64,000 nucleotides of DNA, from the NCBI GenBank assembly GCA_963715195.1, contig CAVQRT010000002.1, positions 64,001 to 128,000 on the forward strand. The letters run 5' to 3'. Shown here piece after piece: positions 30,794-41,452 of the stretch. Each line of letters opens with the position of its first letter. The first letter of the stretch is position 1. Position numbers and translations under genes: made by a program. Below the pieces are notes generated by a model. It worked only from the letters and a program-made list of their open reading frames with translations, searched no databases and had not been told where the DNA came from. This stretch comes from Thermodesulfovibrionales bacterium. Its GTDB lineage: Bacteria > Nitrospirota > Thermodesulfovibrionia > Thermodesulfovibrionales > SM23-35.

Positions 30794-31209
30794 ACGCTCA
30801 CCAGCTTTCTTACGATTTCATCAGAGAACTTGTCGACGTCAGCCCGTAATGACTGTCGCGCTTTTTCGGCGTCAGATTTGATCTCTGCTCTGGCTTTCTC
30901 AATCGTTGTAAGGGCTTCGGCCTCAGTTGCCGAGAGTACTTCTCTTTGTTTAGTCACTCCCTCAGCTTTCAGCGATTCAAATATTTCTTTTGCCTTGCTT
31001 CTTGATTCAGCCAGTTCTCTATTGAGTCTGGCGATCCCTTCCTCACTCTTTTCCTTCATATCCTTTGCAGCATCGAGGTCGCCTTTGACAGAATCCTCGC
31101 GTTCTTTGAAAATCTGGAGCAGGGGTTTAAAGAGGATTGCGTTGAGGATAAAGAGGAGGATAATAAAATTAACGAATAAGACAAAGAACCACTTATTGAA
31201 TTCTAACAT
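30790..31209 (-). CDS. ATP synthase F0 subunit b'
   Basis: FVNFIILLFILNAILFKPLLQIFKERE plus a coiled coil. Confidence 0.9.
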   Translation of the reverse strand: MLEFNKWFFVLFVNFIILLFILNAILFKPLLQIFKEREDSVKGDLDAAKDMKEKSEEGIARLNRELAESRSKAKEIFESLKAEGVTKQREVLSATEAEALTTIEKARAEIKSDAEKARQSLRADVDKFSDEIVRKLVSV

Positions 31210-31374
31210 CGTTCACCTTCCCTCAAGGAGTTTAAGAAAAGCGAAAAAAGCATATCACAGGCCAAAAAAGATTGTCAAGTGCTTTTTACCAGTAAAAAGA
31301 GGGAATTTAAATTTATAATTCAGCTGAATAAAACCTCCGGAAGCACTAAGAAATTCCTGTGCTACAATAGTTTT

Positions 31375-32505
31375 ATGTTCTCCTCGAAGCTTGCTCTGTT
31401 AAAAGAAAAAAACCTTTTCAGATACATATATGATAGGGAATCCCCCCAGGGACCGAGAATTATGTTACGGGGTAGGGAATACATCCATTTCTCATCCAAT
31501 GATTATCTCGGCCTTGCCAATCATCCTTATATTATTGATAGAGCAACAACGTCAATGAACCGCTATGGATTTGGCAGCGGAGCCTCAAGACTTTTGGGCG
31601 GTGGGAGCACTTTTCATCATCAGCTTGAAGAAAAGGTTGCACAGTTTAAAAGCACTGAAGCCGCCCTTGTTTTCAACTCCGGGTATGCAGCAAACATTGG
31701 TATGATCCCTGCACTTGCCGATGGAGATACCGTCATATTCAGCGACGAACTGAACCATGCGAGCATCATAGACGGATGCAGGCTGAGCAAGGGAGAAACA
31801 GTCGTCTTCTCTCATAAAGATATGATGCACCTTGAAGATTGTCTGAAACAAAAGGCTGCGGCAAAAAAGCTTGTTGTTACAGATACCATTTTCAGCATGG
31901 ACGGAGACATCGCGCCTCTTCCGGAGATTCTTAATCTGTGCAGAACCTATAACGCGCATCTCTATATTGATGAGGCGCATGCGACCGGAGTCATCGGGAA
32001 AGGGAAAGGGTCGCTTGTACACTTTCACCTTGATCCTGAACCTTGGATCATTCAGATGGGGACATTTTCGAAGGCGCTAGGCTCTTTCGGGGCTTTCCTT
32101 GCCGGAGGCTCCGATATCATCGAGTGGATGGTAAATGCCGCACGGAGCTTTATGTATTCAACAGCTCTGCCCTCCTGCATTATTGCCGCATCGATAGCTG
32201 CTCTGGAACTCATTGAACATGATTTGCATATTGTGAATCAATTATGGAGAAACAGGGATAAGGCAGTTCATGGCATTATCGCTGCAGGGCATGACATCAT
32301 GGGGAGTGAAACTCCTATCATCCCTGTCAGGACCGGAAGCGTGCAAAACACCCTGCGAATTGCGAAATACCTTTTGGGAAAAGGCATCTTCGCACCTGCA
32401 ATCAGGCCTCCTTCCGTAAAGGACGCGCGGATAAGAATCTGCATTACCGCAGCACACACTGATGAGGATATAGAAAGACTGATAGATGCGCTGAAAAAAA
32501 TTTAG
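31375..32505 (+). CDS. bioF: 8-amino-7-oxononanoate synthase
   Basis: SSNDYLGL, LNHASIIDG, DEAHATG, GTFSKALG, AIRPPSV; probable ATG at 31375. Confidence 0.93.
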   Translation: MFSSKLALLKEKNLFRYIYDRESPQGPRIMLRGREYIHFSSNDYLGLANHPYIIDRATTSMNRYGFGSGASRLLGGGSTFHHQLEEKVAQFKSTEAALVFNSGYAANIGMIPALADGDTVIFSDELNHASIIDGCRLSKGETVVFSHKDMMHLEDCLKQKAAAKKLVVTDTIFSMDGDIAPLPEILNLCRTYNAHLYIDEAHATGVIGKGKGSLVHFHLDPEPWIIQMGTFSKALGSFGAFLAGGSDIIEWMVNAARSFMYSTALPSCIIAASIAALELIEHDLHIVNQLWRNRDKAVHGIIAAGHDIMGSETPIIPVRTGSVQNTLRIAKYLLGKGIFAPAIRPPSVKDARIRICITAAHTDEDIERLIDALKKI

Positions 32506-32516
32506 AAACAGGATAC

Positions 32517-32588
32517 AAGGATTCGAGGGGCCAAGGGTTCGAGTGAAAAGAATGATCAACATTTGAAATACTTGACCCCTTGAAACCT
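32517..32588. repeat. Degenerate octamer (AGGGTTCG-like) repeat array with an inverted partner
   Basis: AAGGATTCGAGGGGCCAAGGGTTCGA (32517-32542) is the exact reverse complement of 47535-47560. Confidence 0.7.
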
Positions 32589-33335
32589 ATGAAAATTATG
32601 CCAAAAGGATTCTTTATAACAGGCACCGATACCGGAGTGGGCAAAACAATCGTAACCGGAGCGCTTGTGAAGTCTGCTCAGTTTCTCGGATTCATGACCG
32701 TCGGGATGAAGCCGGTAGAGACCGGATGCACAAAGACAGCAGGAAGTGGACAGGATAGAGAATTTAGGAACGACTCCCTGATTCCTTCCGACGGAAAGTT
32801 TCTCCGAGAGATATCCGGTACAGAAGCATCACTTGACCTCATAACACCAGTGCGTTTCGAAAATCCACTGGCTCCCCTGCCGGCCTCTGAAATTGAAGGG
32901 ATACCCGTTGACATACGGAAAATTACCGATGCATTTGTAACCCTGTCACAAAAATATGATGTGTTCATTATTGAAGGTGTTGGAGGAATCCTCGTGCCGA
33001 TTACAGAAGGTTATTCCGTGATCGATATGGCAAGGGATTTTGGTCTGCCGGTCATTGTTGTTGCAAGACCAGGGCTCGGAACAATCAACCATACATTGCT
33101 GACAGTACGTTATGCGCTGAAGGAAGGCCTATCTATTGCAGGGGTAATCATTAATTATACCCAACCGGCTGAAGGGACGATTGCCGAACAGACAAATCCA
33201 CCGGTTCTTGAAAAGATTTGTCCTGTCCCGGTTTTAGGGATCTTTCCTTATCTGAACAATATGGATAGCAGAGCTATCGAGAATGCCGCCCTAACAAATC
33301 TGAATCTGGAGATGATCAAAAAATATCTATACTAA
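32589..33335 (+). CDS. bioD: Dethiobiotin synthase
   Basis: TGTDTGVGKT, MKPVETG, IEGVGG, LGTINHTLL. Confidence 0.95.
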   Translation: MKIMPKGFFITGTDTGVGKTIVTGALVKSAQFLGFMTVGMKPVETGCTKTAGSGQDREFRNDSLIPSDGKFLREISGTEASLDLITPVRFENPLAPLPASEIEGIPVDIRKITDAFVTLSQKYDVFIIEGVGGILVPITEGYSVIDMARDFGLPVIVVARPGLGTINHTLLTVRYALKEGLSIAGVIINYTQPAEGTIAEQTNPPVLEKICPVPVLGIFPYLNNMDSRAIENAALTNLNLEMIKKYLY

Positions 33336-34204
33336 AGCAGCTTCAGACCGGTCAGAACCTTTTTCAGCTTTTCCCTGTTTGCCGGAGCCATTTCACAAAG
33401 AGGCATTCTGAACTCTTCCTGAATTTTACCCATCATTGCAAGTGCAGTCTTTACCGGAATCGGATTTGTTTCGATGAACATGGCTGCATTTAAAGGTTCA
33501 AGCTTGTAATGCAATGCCCGTGCCTTATCATGCTGACCCTTCATCCAGAGGGAGCACATTTGGGACACTTCCTTGGGCATAACATTCGCTGAGACTGAGA
33601 TGACGCCTTTCCCGCCAAGTGCAAGGAGCGTCAGGGTAGTGAAGTCATCCCCAGAGATAACCGTCATTCTGTCCCCGCAGAGTCTGATAACCTCGCTGAC
33701 CTGCTTCATGTCACCGGTTGCCTCTTTGATAGCAATAATATTTTTAATCTCTGCAAGACGGGCAACTGTCGGAGGCAACATATTGACTGCAGTCCGTCCG
33801 GGGACATTGTATAAAACGATCGGGATATCAACCTTATCAGCAACTTCTTTATAGTGCCTGTAAAGACCTTCCTGGGTCGGCTTATTATAGTAAGGAGTCA
33901 CCAGCAAGGCAGCGTCAGCACCTGATTTCTTGGCATGCATGGTTATCTCGACGGTTTCATCGGTAGAATTCGCACCGGTTCCGGCGATAACAGGGACCCT
34001 TCCGTTGACCGTTTTGACTGCTATATCGATTACCCTGTAGTGTTCTTTATAATCGAGCGTGGAAGCCTCACCGGTTGTGCCGCACGGGACTATAGCGTTT
34101 GTCCCTTGTGCGATATGCCACTCTATGAGATTCCCAAAGGCTTTCTCGTCTACCTTCCCCTTCTTAAAAGGTGTGACAATTGCGACTATCGATCCCTTCA
34201 GCAT
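33332..34204 (-). CDS. dapA: 4-hydroxy-tetrahydrodipicolinate synthase
   Basis: GTTGEA, PYYNKP, LYNVPGRT, IKEATG; SD GGAGG before ATG at 34204. Confidence 0.97.
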   Translation of the reverse strand: MLKGSIVAIVTPFKKGKVDEKAFGNLIEWHIAQGTNAIVPCGTTGEASTLDYKEHYRVIDIAVKTVNGRVPVIAGTGANSTDETVEITMHAKKSGADAALLVTPYYNKPTQEGLYRHYKEVADKVDIPIVLYNVPGRTAVNMLPPTVARLAEIKNIIAIKEATGDMKQVSEVIRLCGDRMTVISGDDFTTLTLLALGGKGVISVSANVMPKEVSQMCSLWMKGQHDKARALHYKLEPLNAAMFIETNPIPVKTALAMMGKIQEEFRMPLCEMAPANREKLKKVLTGLKLL

Positions 34205-34245
34205 CGCTGCCTCCTTTTTCATGGAGTTTGCAGAAACTCCTGTTG

Positions 34246-35124
34246 TTATGAAATATCAACCAGCCCCTCGAACACCTGTGCGGCGGGTCCGGTCATGTAT
34301 ATATGCTTATTCGCAGTTTGCTCAATGAGGAGGTTGCCGCCTGTTACATGCACGGTCACTGTCGTCCCGGTGAGACCTTTCAGGGCAGATGCCGCTGCTG
34401 CTGCTGATGCACCGGTGCCGCATGCCATTGTCTCACCGGAGCCCCGCTCCCATACACGCATCTTTAATTCTTCCCTGTTCAAAACCTGTATGAATTCGAC
34501 ATTGGTTCTCTTGGGAAAAATCGAATGGGTTTCGATCATCGGCCCGTAGTATGTTACCGGGAAATCCGATACATCCGCAACAAAAACGACCGCATGCGGG
34601 TTACCCATGGACACACAGGTAATCCTGAATTCCCTGTCAGCTATCCGGAGAGGATAATCAATAATCCCCCCCGTACCCCCTTTAGAAAAGGGGGGCAAGG
34701 GGGGATTTGATTCTCCTGTAAGCCTGACCGGTATTTTTTCCGGCTCGAGGATCGGCTCCCCCATATCCACTTTCACCATAGCTCCTGATCTTTCGGGCCT
34801 TATAATGCCAGCGAGCGTCTCTATTTCAAGGACATTTTTATCGGACAGTTTTCTGTCCCAGATATAACGAGCGAGGCACCGTATCCCATTGCCGCACATT
34901 TCCACTTCGCTGCCGTCTGCGTTCAGGATCCTCATCCGAAAATCCGCCTTGCCTGAGTGATCAAGGAGAAGGATTTGGTCAGCACCGATGCCAAACCTCC
35001 GGTCACATAACCGTTTGCTGAACGCATGCAGGTCTTCTGCATCCGCTGGACCTGCCTCTTTTCTGCAATCTATGAGAATAAAGTCATTCCCAAGGCCCTG
35101 CATCTTTGTGAAGTGGATTTTCAT
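34246..35124 (-). CDS. dapF: Diaminopimelate epimerase, with an in-frame palindromic insert
   Basis: QGLGNDF, EMCGNG, SMGNPH, ERGSGETMACGTG. Confidence 0.96.
   Translation of the reverse strand: MKIHFTKMQGLGNDFILIDCRKEAGPADAEDLHAFSKRLCDRRFGIGADQILLLDHSGKADFRMRILNADGSEVEMCGNGIRCLARYIWDRKLSDKNVLEIETLAGIIRPERSGAMVKVDMGEPILEPEKIPVRLTGESNPPLPPFSKGGTGGIIDYPLRIADREFRITCVSMGNPHAVVFVADVSDFPVTYYGPMIETHSIFPKRTNVEFIQVLNREELKMRVWERGSGETMACGTGASAAAAASALKGLTGTTVTVHVTGGNLLIEQTANKHIYMTGPAAQVFEGLVDIS
34663..34707. repeat. Palindromic repeat inside dapF
   Basis: AATCCCCCCCGTACCCCCTTTAGAAAAGGGGGGCAAGGGGGGATT; related copy at ~61262-61292. Confidence 0.75.
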
Positions 35125-36377
35125 TTCAAGAATGAGGGAATCCGGTCGTTTCTCACGAGATCATCATATGTCTCGCGCTTTCTGATCAAAAAATGCCGTT
35201 TTCCCCTCACGAGCACCTCGGCTACCCGCGGCCTGCTGTTATAGTTTGAACTCATGGAAAACCCGTAGGCACCCGCACTCATGACGGCAAGATATTCTCC
35301 CTGCTTGAGCTTTGAGAGCTCTCTCTCTTTCGCAAGAAAGTCACCTGATTCGCATATGGGGCCGACCACATCACAAAGGATCTTGTTTCTCCTTGTCCTG
35401 ACAACAGGCACGATATGATGATAGGCGTCGTAAAGAGAGGGCCTGATCAGATCATTCATGCCGGCATCCACAATGATAAATTCCTTTTCGATCCCTTCCT
35501 TCAGATAAAGTGTCTTTGTGACCAGAATGCCTGCATTGCCGACAATTGACCTTCCCGGTTCCATTATAAGGGTAAGATTCCGCCCTTTGAGAAGAGGGAT
35601 AAGGTTCTTTGCCAGATCTTCGGGAACCGGAGGTTCCTCATCCCTGTAAGAGATACCAAGCCCACCGCCAACATCGAGGTACTGTAACGATACGCCCTCT
35701 GCATTCAGGGCATCAATAAGGAGCAATATTCTTTTCAGGGCATCGACAAATGGTGAAACCTTGGTGATCTGTGAGCCTATGTGTTTATGGACGCCAACAA
35801 CAACCACATTGCCGAGTTTTTCAGCAAGATTATAGTATTCAAGTGCAAGGTCTATGGGGATTCCGAATTTATGTTTCTTCATCCCTGTCGTAATATACGG
35901 ATGGGTTCCGGGATCAATATCCGGATTGATACGCAAAGCGATTGGGGCCCGTGTTTTCATCGTCCCTGCAACCCTGTTAATCTCCCTCAATTCGTCTTCG
36001 GACTCCACGTTGAACATGAGAATCTTTTTTCTCAGCGCAAACTTTATCTCGTCTTCAGTCTTCCCCACACCCGCATATACGATTTTCTGAGAAGGTATAC
36101 CAGATTTTAACGCAACATGGAGCTCTCCTCCTGAGACGATATCGGCACCCCCGCCGTGCCTGGAGAACAACCTGAGGATAGCGGTATTTGGATTGGATTT
36201 CACAGCAAAGCAGGTAATGTGCGGATAGCCGTCAAAGGCACTTTCGTATGCCATAAAATGCCTGAGAAGAGTATCATAGCTGTATATGTACAGCGGCGTG
36301 CCGTAGTATCTAGCAAGTTCTTTTACCGGTACTTCTTCAGCATATAATTCACCTGACCGGTATTGGAAATAATGCAT
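35121..36377 (-). CDS. lysA: Diaminopimelate decarboxylase
   Basis: FAVKSN, HIGSQI, EPGRSIV, GPICESGD, SNYNSRP. Confidence 0.97.
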   Translation of the reverse strand: MHYFQYRSGELYAEEVPVKELARYYGTPLYIYSYDTLLRHFMAYESAFDGYPHITCFAVKSNPNTAILRLFSRHGGGADIVSGGELHVALKSGIPSQKIVYAGVGKTEDEIKFALRKKILMFNVESEDELREINRVAGTMKTRAPIALRINPDIDPGTHPYITTGMKKHKFGIPIDLALEYYNLAEKLGNVVVVGVHKHIGSQITKVSPFVDALKRILLLIDALNAEGVSLQYLDVGGGLGISYRDEEPPVPEDLAKNLIPLLKGRNLTLIMEPGRSIVGNAGILVTKTLYLKEGIEKEFIIVDAGMNDLIRPSLYDAYHHIVPVVRTRRNKILCDVVGPICESGDFLAKERELSKLKQGEYLAVMSAGAYGFSMSSNYNSRPRVAEVLVRGKRHFLIRKRETYDDLVRNDRIPSFLK

Positions 36378-36530
36378 GGAACTCTCCCGCTGTCAAGATT
36401 TGTGCTCTATTTTAAACATAATATTTCTTTTTCCACAAGGCAAAGACAGGAAGTGTCTTGGCTTTGATGCGACCATCTATGGTACATTTTTAAAGGAACT
36501 GTTCTTACATTTTGCCAGAATTTTTTTTCG

Positions 36531-36628
36531 ATGTCATTCCCGCTCGTCGGGAATCTTTCTTCAGCTGCTGTTCATTAAGTGACTTGGAGCCATGATTAAG
36601 AATGATTCTGGACAAGCCAGAATGACAT
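36531..36628. repeat. GTCATTCC-type palindromic repeat pair
   Basis: GTCATTCCCGCTCGTCGGGAATC...GATTCTGGACAAGCCAGAATGAC; other copies at 53774-53834 and 61231-61327. Confidence 0.75.
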
Positions 36629-36653
36629 ATAAGAGATATTAATTGAAGATTAA

Positions 36654-38615
36654 ATGGAGGTTCAATTGGGGAAAAACATCGTAGAGAAAATATTCGAGAC
36701 ACACAGAGTTTACGGCAATATCAGAACAGAAACCCCTGTCGGGTTAACAGTTGACCAGGTCTATACACAGGATGCAACCGGCACCATGACCTGGCTGCAG
36801 TTCGAGGCCATAGGTATCGACAGGATAAAAGTCCCGCTCGCTGTCTCCTACGTTGATCACAACATGATCCAGTCCAATTACATGAACCCGGATGATCACC
36901 TGTTTCTCCAAACAATTGCAGCGCGGTACGGTGCCCATTTTTCGAGGCCCGGCAACGGCATAAGCCACCAGGTGCACCTTGAACGGTTTGCCGCTCCCGG
37001 GAAGATAGCACTCGGCACAGACAGCCATACACCTACGGGCGGCGGCATGGGAATGATTGCTGTCGGCGTCGGCGGGCTTGATGCAGCAACTGTCATGGCC
37101 GGTGCACCGTTCGAACTCACTATGCCAAAAATTGTTCTGATGAGACTGCAGGGCAGATTGACCCGTCCTTGGGTCACTGCAATGGACGTGATCCTTGAGA
37201 TTCTGAGAAGACTTTCCGTTAAAGGCGGCGTAGGGAAGATTCTGGAGTATGGCGGTCCCGGCGTCAAAGATTTGAATGTGCCGGAAAGGGCAACAATTAC
37301 CAATATGGGTGCAGAGCTTGGAGCAACAACTTCGATATTCCCGAGTGACAGAAGGACGAAACATTTTTTAAAGGCCCAGGGAAGAGAATCCGACTGGATT
37401 GAGCTTAGTGCCGACCATGACGCCGAATATGCCGATATAATGGATATCAACTTATCTGAGATAGAGCCGATGATTGCACAGCCGCACAGCCCTGATAACG
37501 TGGTGCCGGTAAAAGATCTCACCGGGACAAAGGTTGATCAGGTCTGTATCGGAAGCTGTACGAATTCTTCATACCGGATGATGCAGTCTGTTGCCTCCAT
37601 TCTGAAAGGAAATTCTGTGGCAGAAGGCGTGAATCTACTCGTCAATCCCGGCTCAAGGCAGGTATACGAGATGCTCTCACGCAAAGGTTTTATTGCAGAC
37701 ATGATAGCCGCTGGGGCACGCATGCTCGAATCTTCATGCGGACCCTGTATCGGCATGGGAGGAGCTCCCGGCTCGGGACAGATATCCATCAGGTCGTACA
37801 ACAGGAACTTTAGGGGCAGAAGCGGAAGCAGGGATGCGTTTGTCTATCTTGCAAGTCCGATCTCCTGTGCAGTCTTCGCTCTGAGAGGCCACATTGTCGA
37901 TCCGCGGGGCGCGGGTTTGAAAAGTGAAATCCACCGCGAACCTGTTCATTTCATCACCAATGATAATATGATCATAAAACCTGCTGAGGGAGCAGCTTCG
38001 GTAAAGGTTGTAAAAGGTCCGAATATCAGGGAAGTTCCGGTGAAAGAACCCATTGGCGACACGATACAGGCAGAGGTGCTACTGAAATTAGGCGATAACA
38101 TTACGACAGACGACATCATGCCCGCGGGGTCAACAATACTTCCACTCCGTTCAAATATTCCTGCAATATCCGAGTATGTGTTTTCCAATATCGATAATAC
38201 ATTCAGCAAACGGGCGAAGGAGGCAAAATCAACGGGAGGCGGACTGATTATCGGCGGTGATAATTACGGTCAGGGCTCATCAAGAGAGCATGCTGCACTT
38301 GCCCCCATGTTCCTGGGGGTTAAGGCAGTCATGGCTAAGTCTTTTGCACGCATCCACCGGTCGAACCTGGTTAATTTTGGTATCATACCGTTCCTTTTTG
38401 AGAACGCGGAGGATTATGACAAAGTGGAGAAAGGCGACAGGTTGATGATCGAAAATGCACTGCAGACATTGAGAGGGAACCAGGCCTATACCATCCTCAA
38501 CCAGACAAAACAATACTCATTCAAAGTATCAACGAATCTGAATGAGAGGGAGAAGGAGCTTATTATCTCGGGAGGACTCCTCCCGCATACGAAGAATCTG
38601 GTCCGGGATATTTGA
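36654..38615 (+). CDS. Aconitate hydratase (short single-chain type)
   Basis: QDATG, DSHT, IGSCTN, CGPCIGMG, NRNFRGR, GSSREHAA. Confidence 0.93.
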   Translation: MEVQLGKNIVEKIFETHRVYGNIRTETPVGLTVDQVYTQDATGTMTWLQFEAIGIDRIKVPLAVSYVDHNMIQSNYMNPDDHLFLQTIAARYGAHFSRPGNGISHQVHLERFAAPGKIALGTDSHTPTGGGMGMIAVGVGGLDAATVMAGAPFELTMPKIVLMRLQGRLTRPWVTAMDVILEILRRLSVKGGVGKILEYGGPGVKDLNVPERATITNMGAELGATTSIFPSDRRTKHFLKAQGRESDWIELSADHDAEYADIMDINLSEIEPMIAQPHSPDNVVPVKDLTGTKVDQVCIGSCTNSSYRMMQSVASILKGNSVAEGVNLLVNPGSRQVYEMLSRKGFIADMIAAGARMLESSCGPCIGMGGAPGSGQISIRSYNRNFRGRSGSRDAFVYLASPISCAVFALRGHIVDPRGAGLKSEIHREPVHFITNDNMIIKPAEGAASVKVVKGPNIREVPVKEPIGDTIQAEVLLKLGDNITTDDIMPAGSTILPLRSNIPAISEYVFSNIDNTFSKRAKEAKSTGGGLIIGGDNYGQGSSREHAALAPMFLGVKAVMAKSFARIHRSNLVNFGIIPFLFENAEDYDKVEKGDRLMIENALQTLRGNQAYTILNQTKQYSFKVSTNLNEREKELIISGGLLPHTKNLVRDI

Positions 38616-38654
38616 CAAGAACCTGTTTTTTCAATTAGATTATTAGTCTACTTT

Positions 38655-38730
38655 GGGCCGCTAGCTCAGTTGGTAGAGCAACGCCCTTTTAAGGCGTGGG
38701 TCGTTGGTTCGAATCCAACGCGGCTCACCA
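38655..38730 (+). tRNA. tRNA-Lys (TTT)
   Basis: Cloverleaf; anticodon arm ACGCC-CTTTTAA-GGCGT, GGTTCGAATCC T-arm, CCA end. Confidence 0.96.
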
Positions 38731-38735
38731 GATGC

Positions 38736-38813
38736 GTCCCCATCGTCTAGCTCGGCCTAGGACATCGCCCTTTCAAGGCGGTAACACGGGTTCAAATCCC
38801 GTTGGGGACGCCA
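38736..38813 (+). tRNA. tRNA-Glu (TTC)
   Basis: GTCCCCA...TGGGGAC-G-CCA; anticodon loop CTTTCAA; GGTTCAAATCC. Confidence 0.96.
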
Positions 38814-38868
38814 ATTTTTTCATGGTGTCTATTGACTTCAGTTCCCTCCATTGCTAATTTATCTTTCT

Positions 38869-39829
38869 GTGAAAACAATAAGGACATTATGTGTATTGCT
38901 CCTGCTCTCTTTCTCTCCTGTAACCCATGCCTTTGATGGCCCTCTGCAGGTTAAGAATCAGTTCCCGCTATTCATGTATATTAATGCGCCGTATTTAGAA
39001 AAAGCCTCTCTTGACAATTCATTTTCCGCAAGTTTCTCATATGCAAGCATCTATCTCGTGAAAGAGTCGTCTGAATGGTCGGCGGGTCTTGATATGGAAG
39101 TTGCGGAGCTCAATCTCAGATTCAGGAAAACCTTCAGAGATTTCATCGAATTCGGCGTTGAACTACCGATTGTCAGTTTCAACTCAGGATTCATGGACGG
39201 ATTCCTCAAATAGTTATCACAATGCCTTTGGGTTTCCTGATTATGGAAGAAGCCAGAGACCTGATAATACGTTTCTCTACAAAGTGAGAAGAACCGGCGA
39301 TCGCGTCATCACAGGAGAAAGTGGCCGTCTTGGATTGGGTGATATGAAACTTTCAGTCAAAAAACCGATAGTAAAAGGTGACCCTGCCATCAGTATCAGG
39401 GGTGATATCGAATTCCCAACAGGTGACGCTGAATCTGGATATGGGAACGGCAGCTTTGACGCCGGAGTCAGCCTGCTGATTGAAAAAACATTGAGTGACA
39501 TATTCAAAACGTATGGGAATCTCGGGATTGGTTTCCCGGGTAATCTAAGAGGATATGAGACTATTGATCTTGAAAAATACATACACGGTGGAGTAGCTTT
39601 CGAAGGAAAAGTATGGAAGGATATTGACATCATTGGACAGGTGTTTATTCAGGGATCTCCGTTACCAAAAACCGGCATCGGCCAGTTGGACAGGACAGCG
39701 GTACTCCTCTCCCTTGGAGGAAGGTATCATTCGGGTAGCAACAGTTTTGAATTTTCATTGACCGAAGACCCGAATACTGCTGGCGCTCCTGATGTTATGT
39801 TCAATTTTACTTTAAAGAGGGGCTTCTAA
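38869..39829 (+). CDS. Outer-membrane beta-barrel-like protein (DUF3187-like); 1-bp frameshift near 39210
   Basis: Signal peptide, GPLQVKNQFP, GFMDGFL-(N)SYHNAFG, FPTGD, C-terminal Phe; an extra A in CTCAAATAG. Confidence 0.65.
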
Positions 39830-39891
39830 CTTCAAACACTGGAATGCATGAATCCTCAAAACCTTGAATCCTTTTTCGTTTGTAAGCTATC

Positions 39892-40377
39892 ATGCAGAGT
39901 ATGAAAATTCGCAAAAAAAAGCTGAGACCGGACTGGGACGAATATTTCATCGGCATTGCAAAGGCGGTTGCATCCCGGGCCACCTGTCTCCGCAGAAAAT
40001 ACGGAGCAGTCATTACGAAGAATAATATTATCGTAAGCACCGGGTATAACGGAGCGCCGGCGGGGATGAGGGACTGTCTCGAGGTCGGGAGATGCACAAG
40101 GAAAGAATTGCAAATACCTCACGGTGAGAGATATGAACTCTGCCACAGTGTTCACGCCGAGGCAAATGCAATTATCCGCGCATCCGTCGACGAACTCTGG
40201 GGAGCAACAATGTATATAGCAGGCAGTGATAATGACAAGGGTGAATGTTTGTCAGAACCATGCATGATGTGCAAGAGAATGATACTCAATTCGCGGATTG
40301 CAAAGGTTGTTTATTCTGATGGTAAGAACGGATTCGCGGTCATCGATCCGAAAAAGTGGCTCAGGAAAAGAGTGTAA
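39892..40377 (+). CDS. dCMP deaminase (ComEB-like)
   Basis: RPDWDEYF, STGYNG, HAEANA, PCMMC. Confidence 0.92.
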   Translation: MQSMKIRKKKLRPDWDEYFIGIAKAVASRATCLRRKYGAVITKNNIIVSTGYNGAPAGMRDCLEVGRCTRKELQIPHGERYELCHSVHAEANAIIRASVDELWGATMYIAGSDNDKGECLSEPCMMCKRMILNSRIAKVVYSDGKNGFAVIDPKKWLRKRV

Positions 40378-40398
40378 GACAAAAAGGGAGGCTCCATT

Positions 40399-41373
40399 TT
40401 GAAAACAGTTCTTGTGACAGGGTGTGCGGGTTTCATCGGATGGAAGGTATCGGAAAAACTGCTTGAGAAGAATATCGGCGTAGCCGGTATCGACAATATG
40501 AATGATTATTATGATACGAAATTGAAGATATGGAGACTTGATCAGTTAAAAAGGAATAAGCAATTTATTTTTCATCAGGGTGATATTGGCAGTTTTCAGG
40601 AAGTAAAAACAGTATTCGCAAATCATCAATTGGATGCGGTTATCAATCTCGCAGCCCGTGCCGGGGTAAGGGCATCGGTTGAGGACCCGTGGGCATATCT
40701 TGACACGAATACAAAAGGTACCTTGAATCTCCTCGAATGCTGCAAGGAATCCGGTGTGAAAAAATTTGTTCTCGCGTCAACATCGAGTCTCTACGGTTTC
40801 AACGAGATGCCGTTCAGAGAGACGGATAGGACAGACACTCCATTGGCACCCTATTCAGCCACAAAAAAAGGGGCCGAAGTTTTCTGCTTCAGTTACCATT
40901 ATCTTTTTGGCCTGGACGTAAGCATACCGAGATATTTCACGGTTTATGGACCCGCGGGGCGGCCCGACATGAGTATTTTTATTTTTATTAAGAATATCGA
41001 CAACGGTATTCCCATCACGGTATTCGGTGACGGCAAGCAGAAGAGGGACTTTTCCTTCATTGACGACATCGCGGACGGGACGTTACAATGCCTCCGGCCA
41101 TTTGGATATGAGATCTTCAACCTCGGAAATGACAACTCGGTAGAACTGATGTATGTAATCAATTTGATTGAAGAGGCACTCGGAAAGAAAGCGCGGATCA
41201 GATTTTCACCCCGCCATCCTGCTGATGTTGTGGCTACGTGGGCGGATATCGGAAAATCAAAGGCAAAGTTAAACTGGTCTCCAAAGACGACGATTGAAGA
41301 CGGGATAAAAAAAACCGTCCGGTGGTATACAGAAAACAGGGATTTTGTAAAGAGTTTGCGGGACCCATCCTGA
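40399..41373 (+). CDS. NAD-dependent epimerase (UDP-glucuronate 4-epimerase-like)
   Basis: TGCAGFIG, LAARAGVR, YSATKK, FTVYGPAGRPDM. Confidence 0.9.
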   Translation: MKTVLVTGCAGFIGWKVSEKLLEKNIGVAGIDNMNDYYDTKLKIWRLDQLKRNKQFIFHQGDIGSFQEVKTVFANHQLDAVINLAARAGVRASVEDPWAYLDTNTKGTLNLLECCKESGVKKFVLASTSSLYGFNEMPFRETDRTDTPLAPYSATKKGAEVFCFSYHYLFGLDVSIPRYFTVYGPAGRPDMSIFIFIKNIDNGIPITVFGDGKQKRDFSFIDDIADGTLQCLRPFGYEIFNLGNDNSVELMYVINLIEEALGKKARIRFSPRHPADVVATWADIGKSKAKLNWSPKTTIEDGIKKTVRWYTENRDFVKSLRDPS

Positions 41374-41452
41374 TGTCTCTCGTGCTGTAACAGCCGGCGT
41401 CCCCTGCCCGATTTACTTCCGCCAGCCGGTATTTGTGGTATCATTGATTTCC

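Noticed and set aside
38655..38813. tRNA pair as an integration site
   Set aside because: I found no duplicated tRNA 3' end or adjacent integrase in the window.
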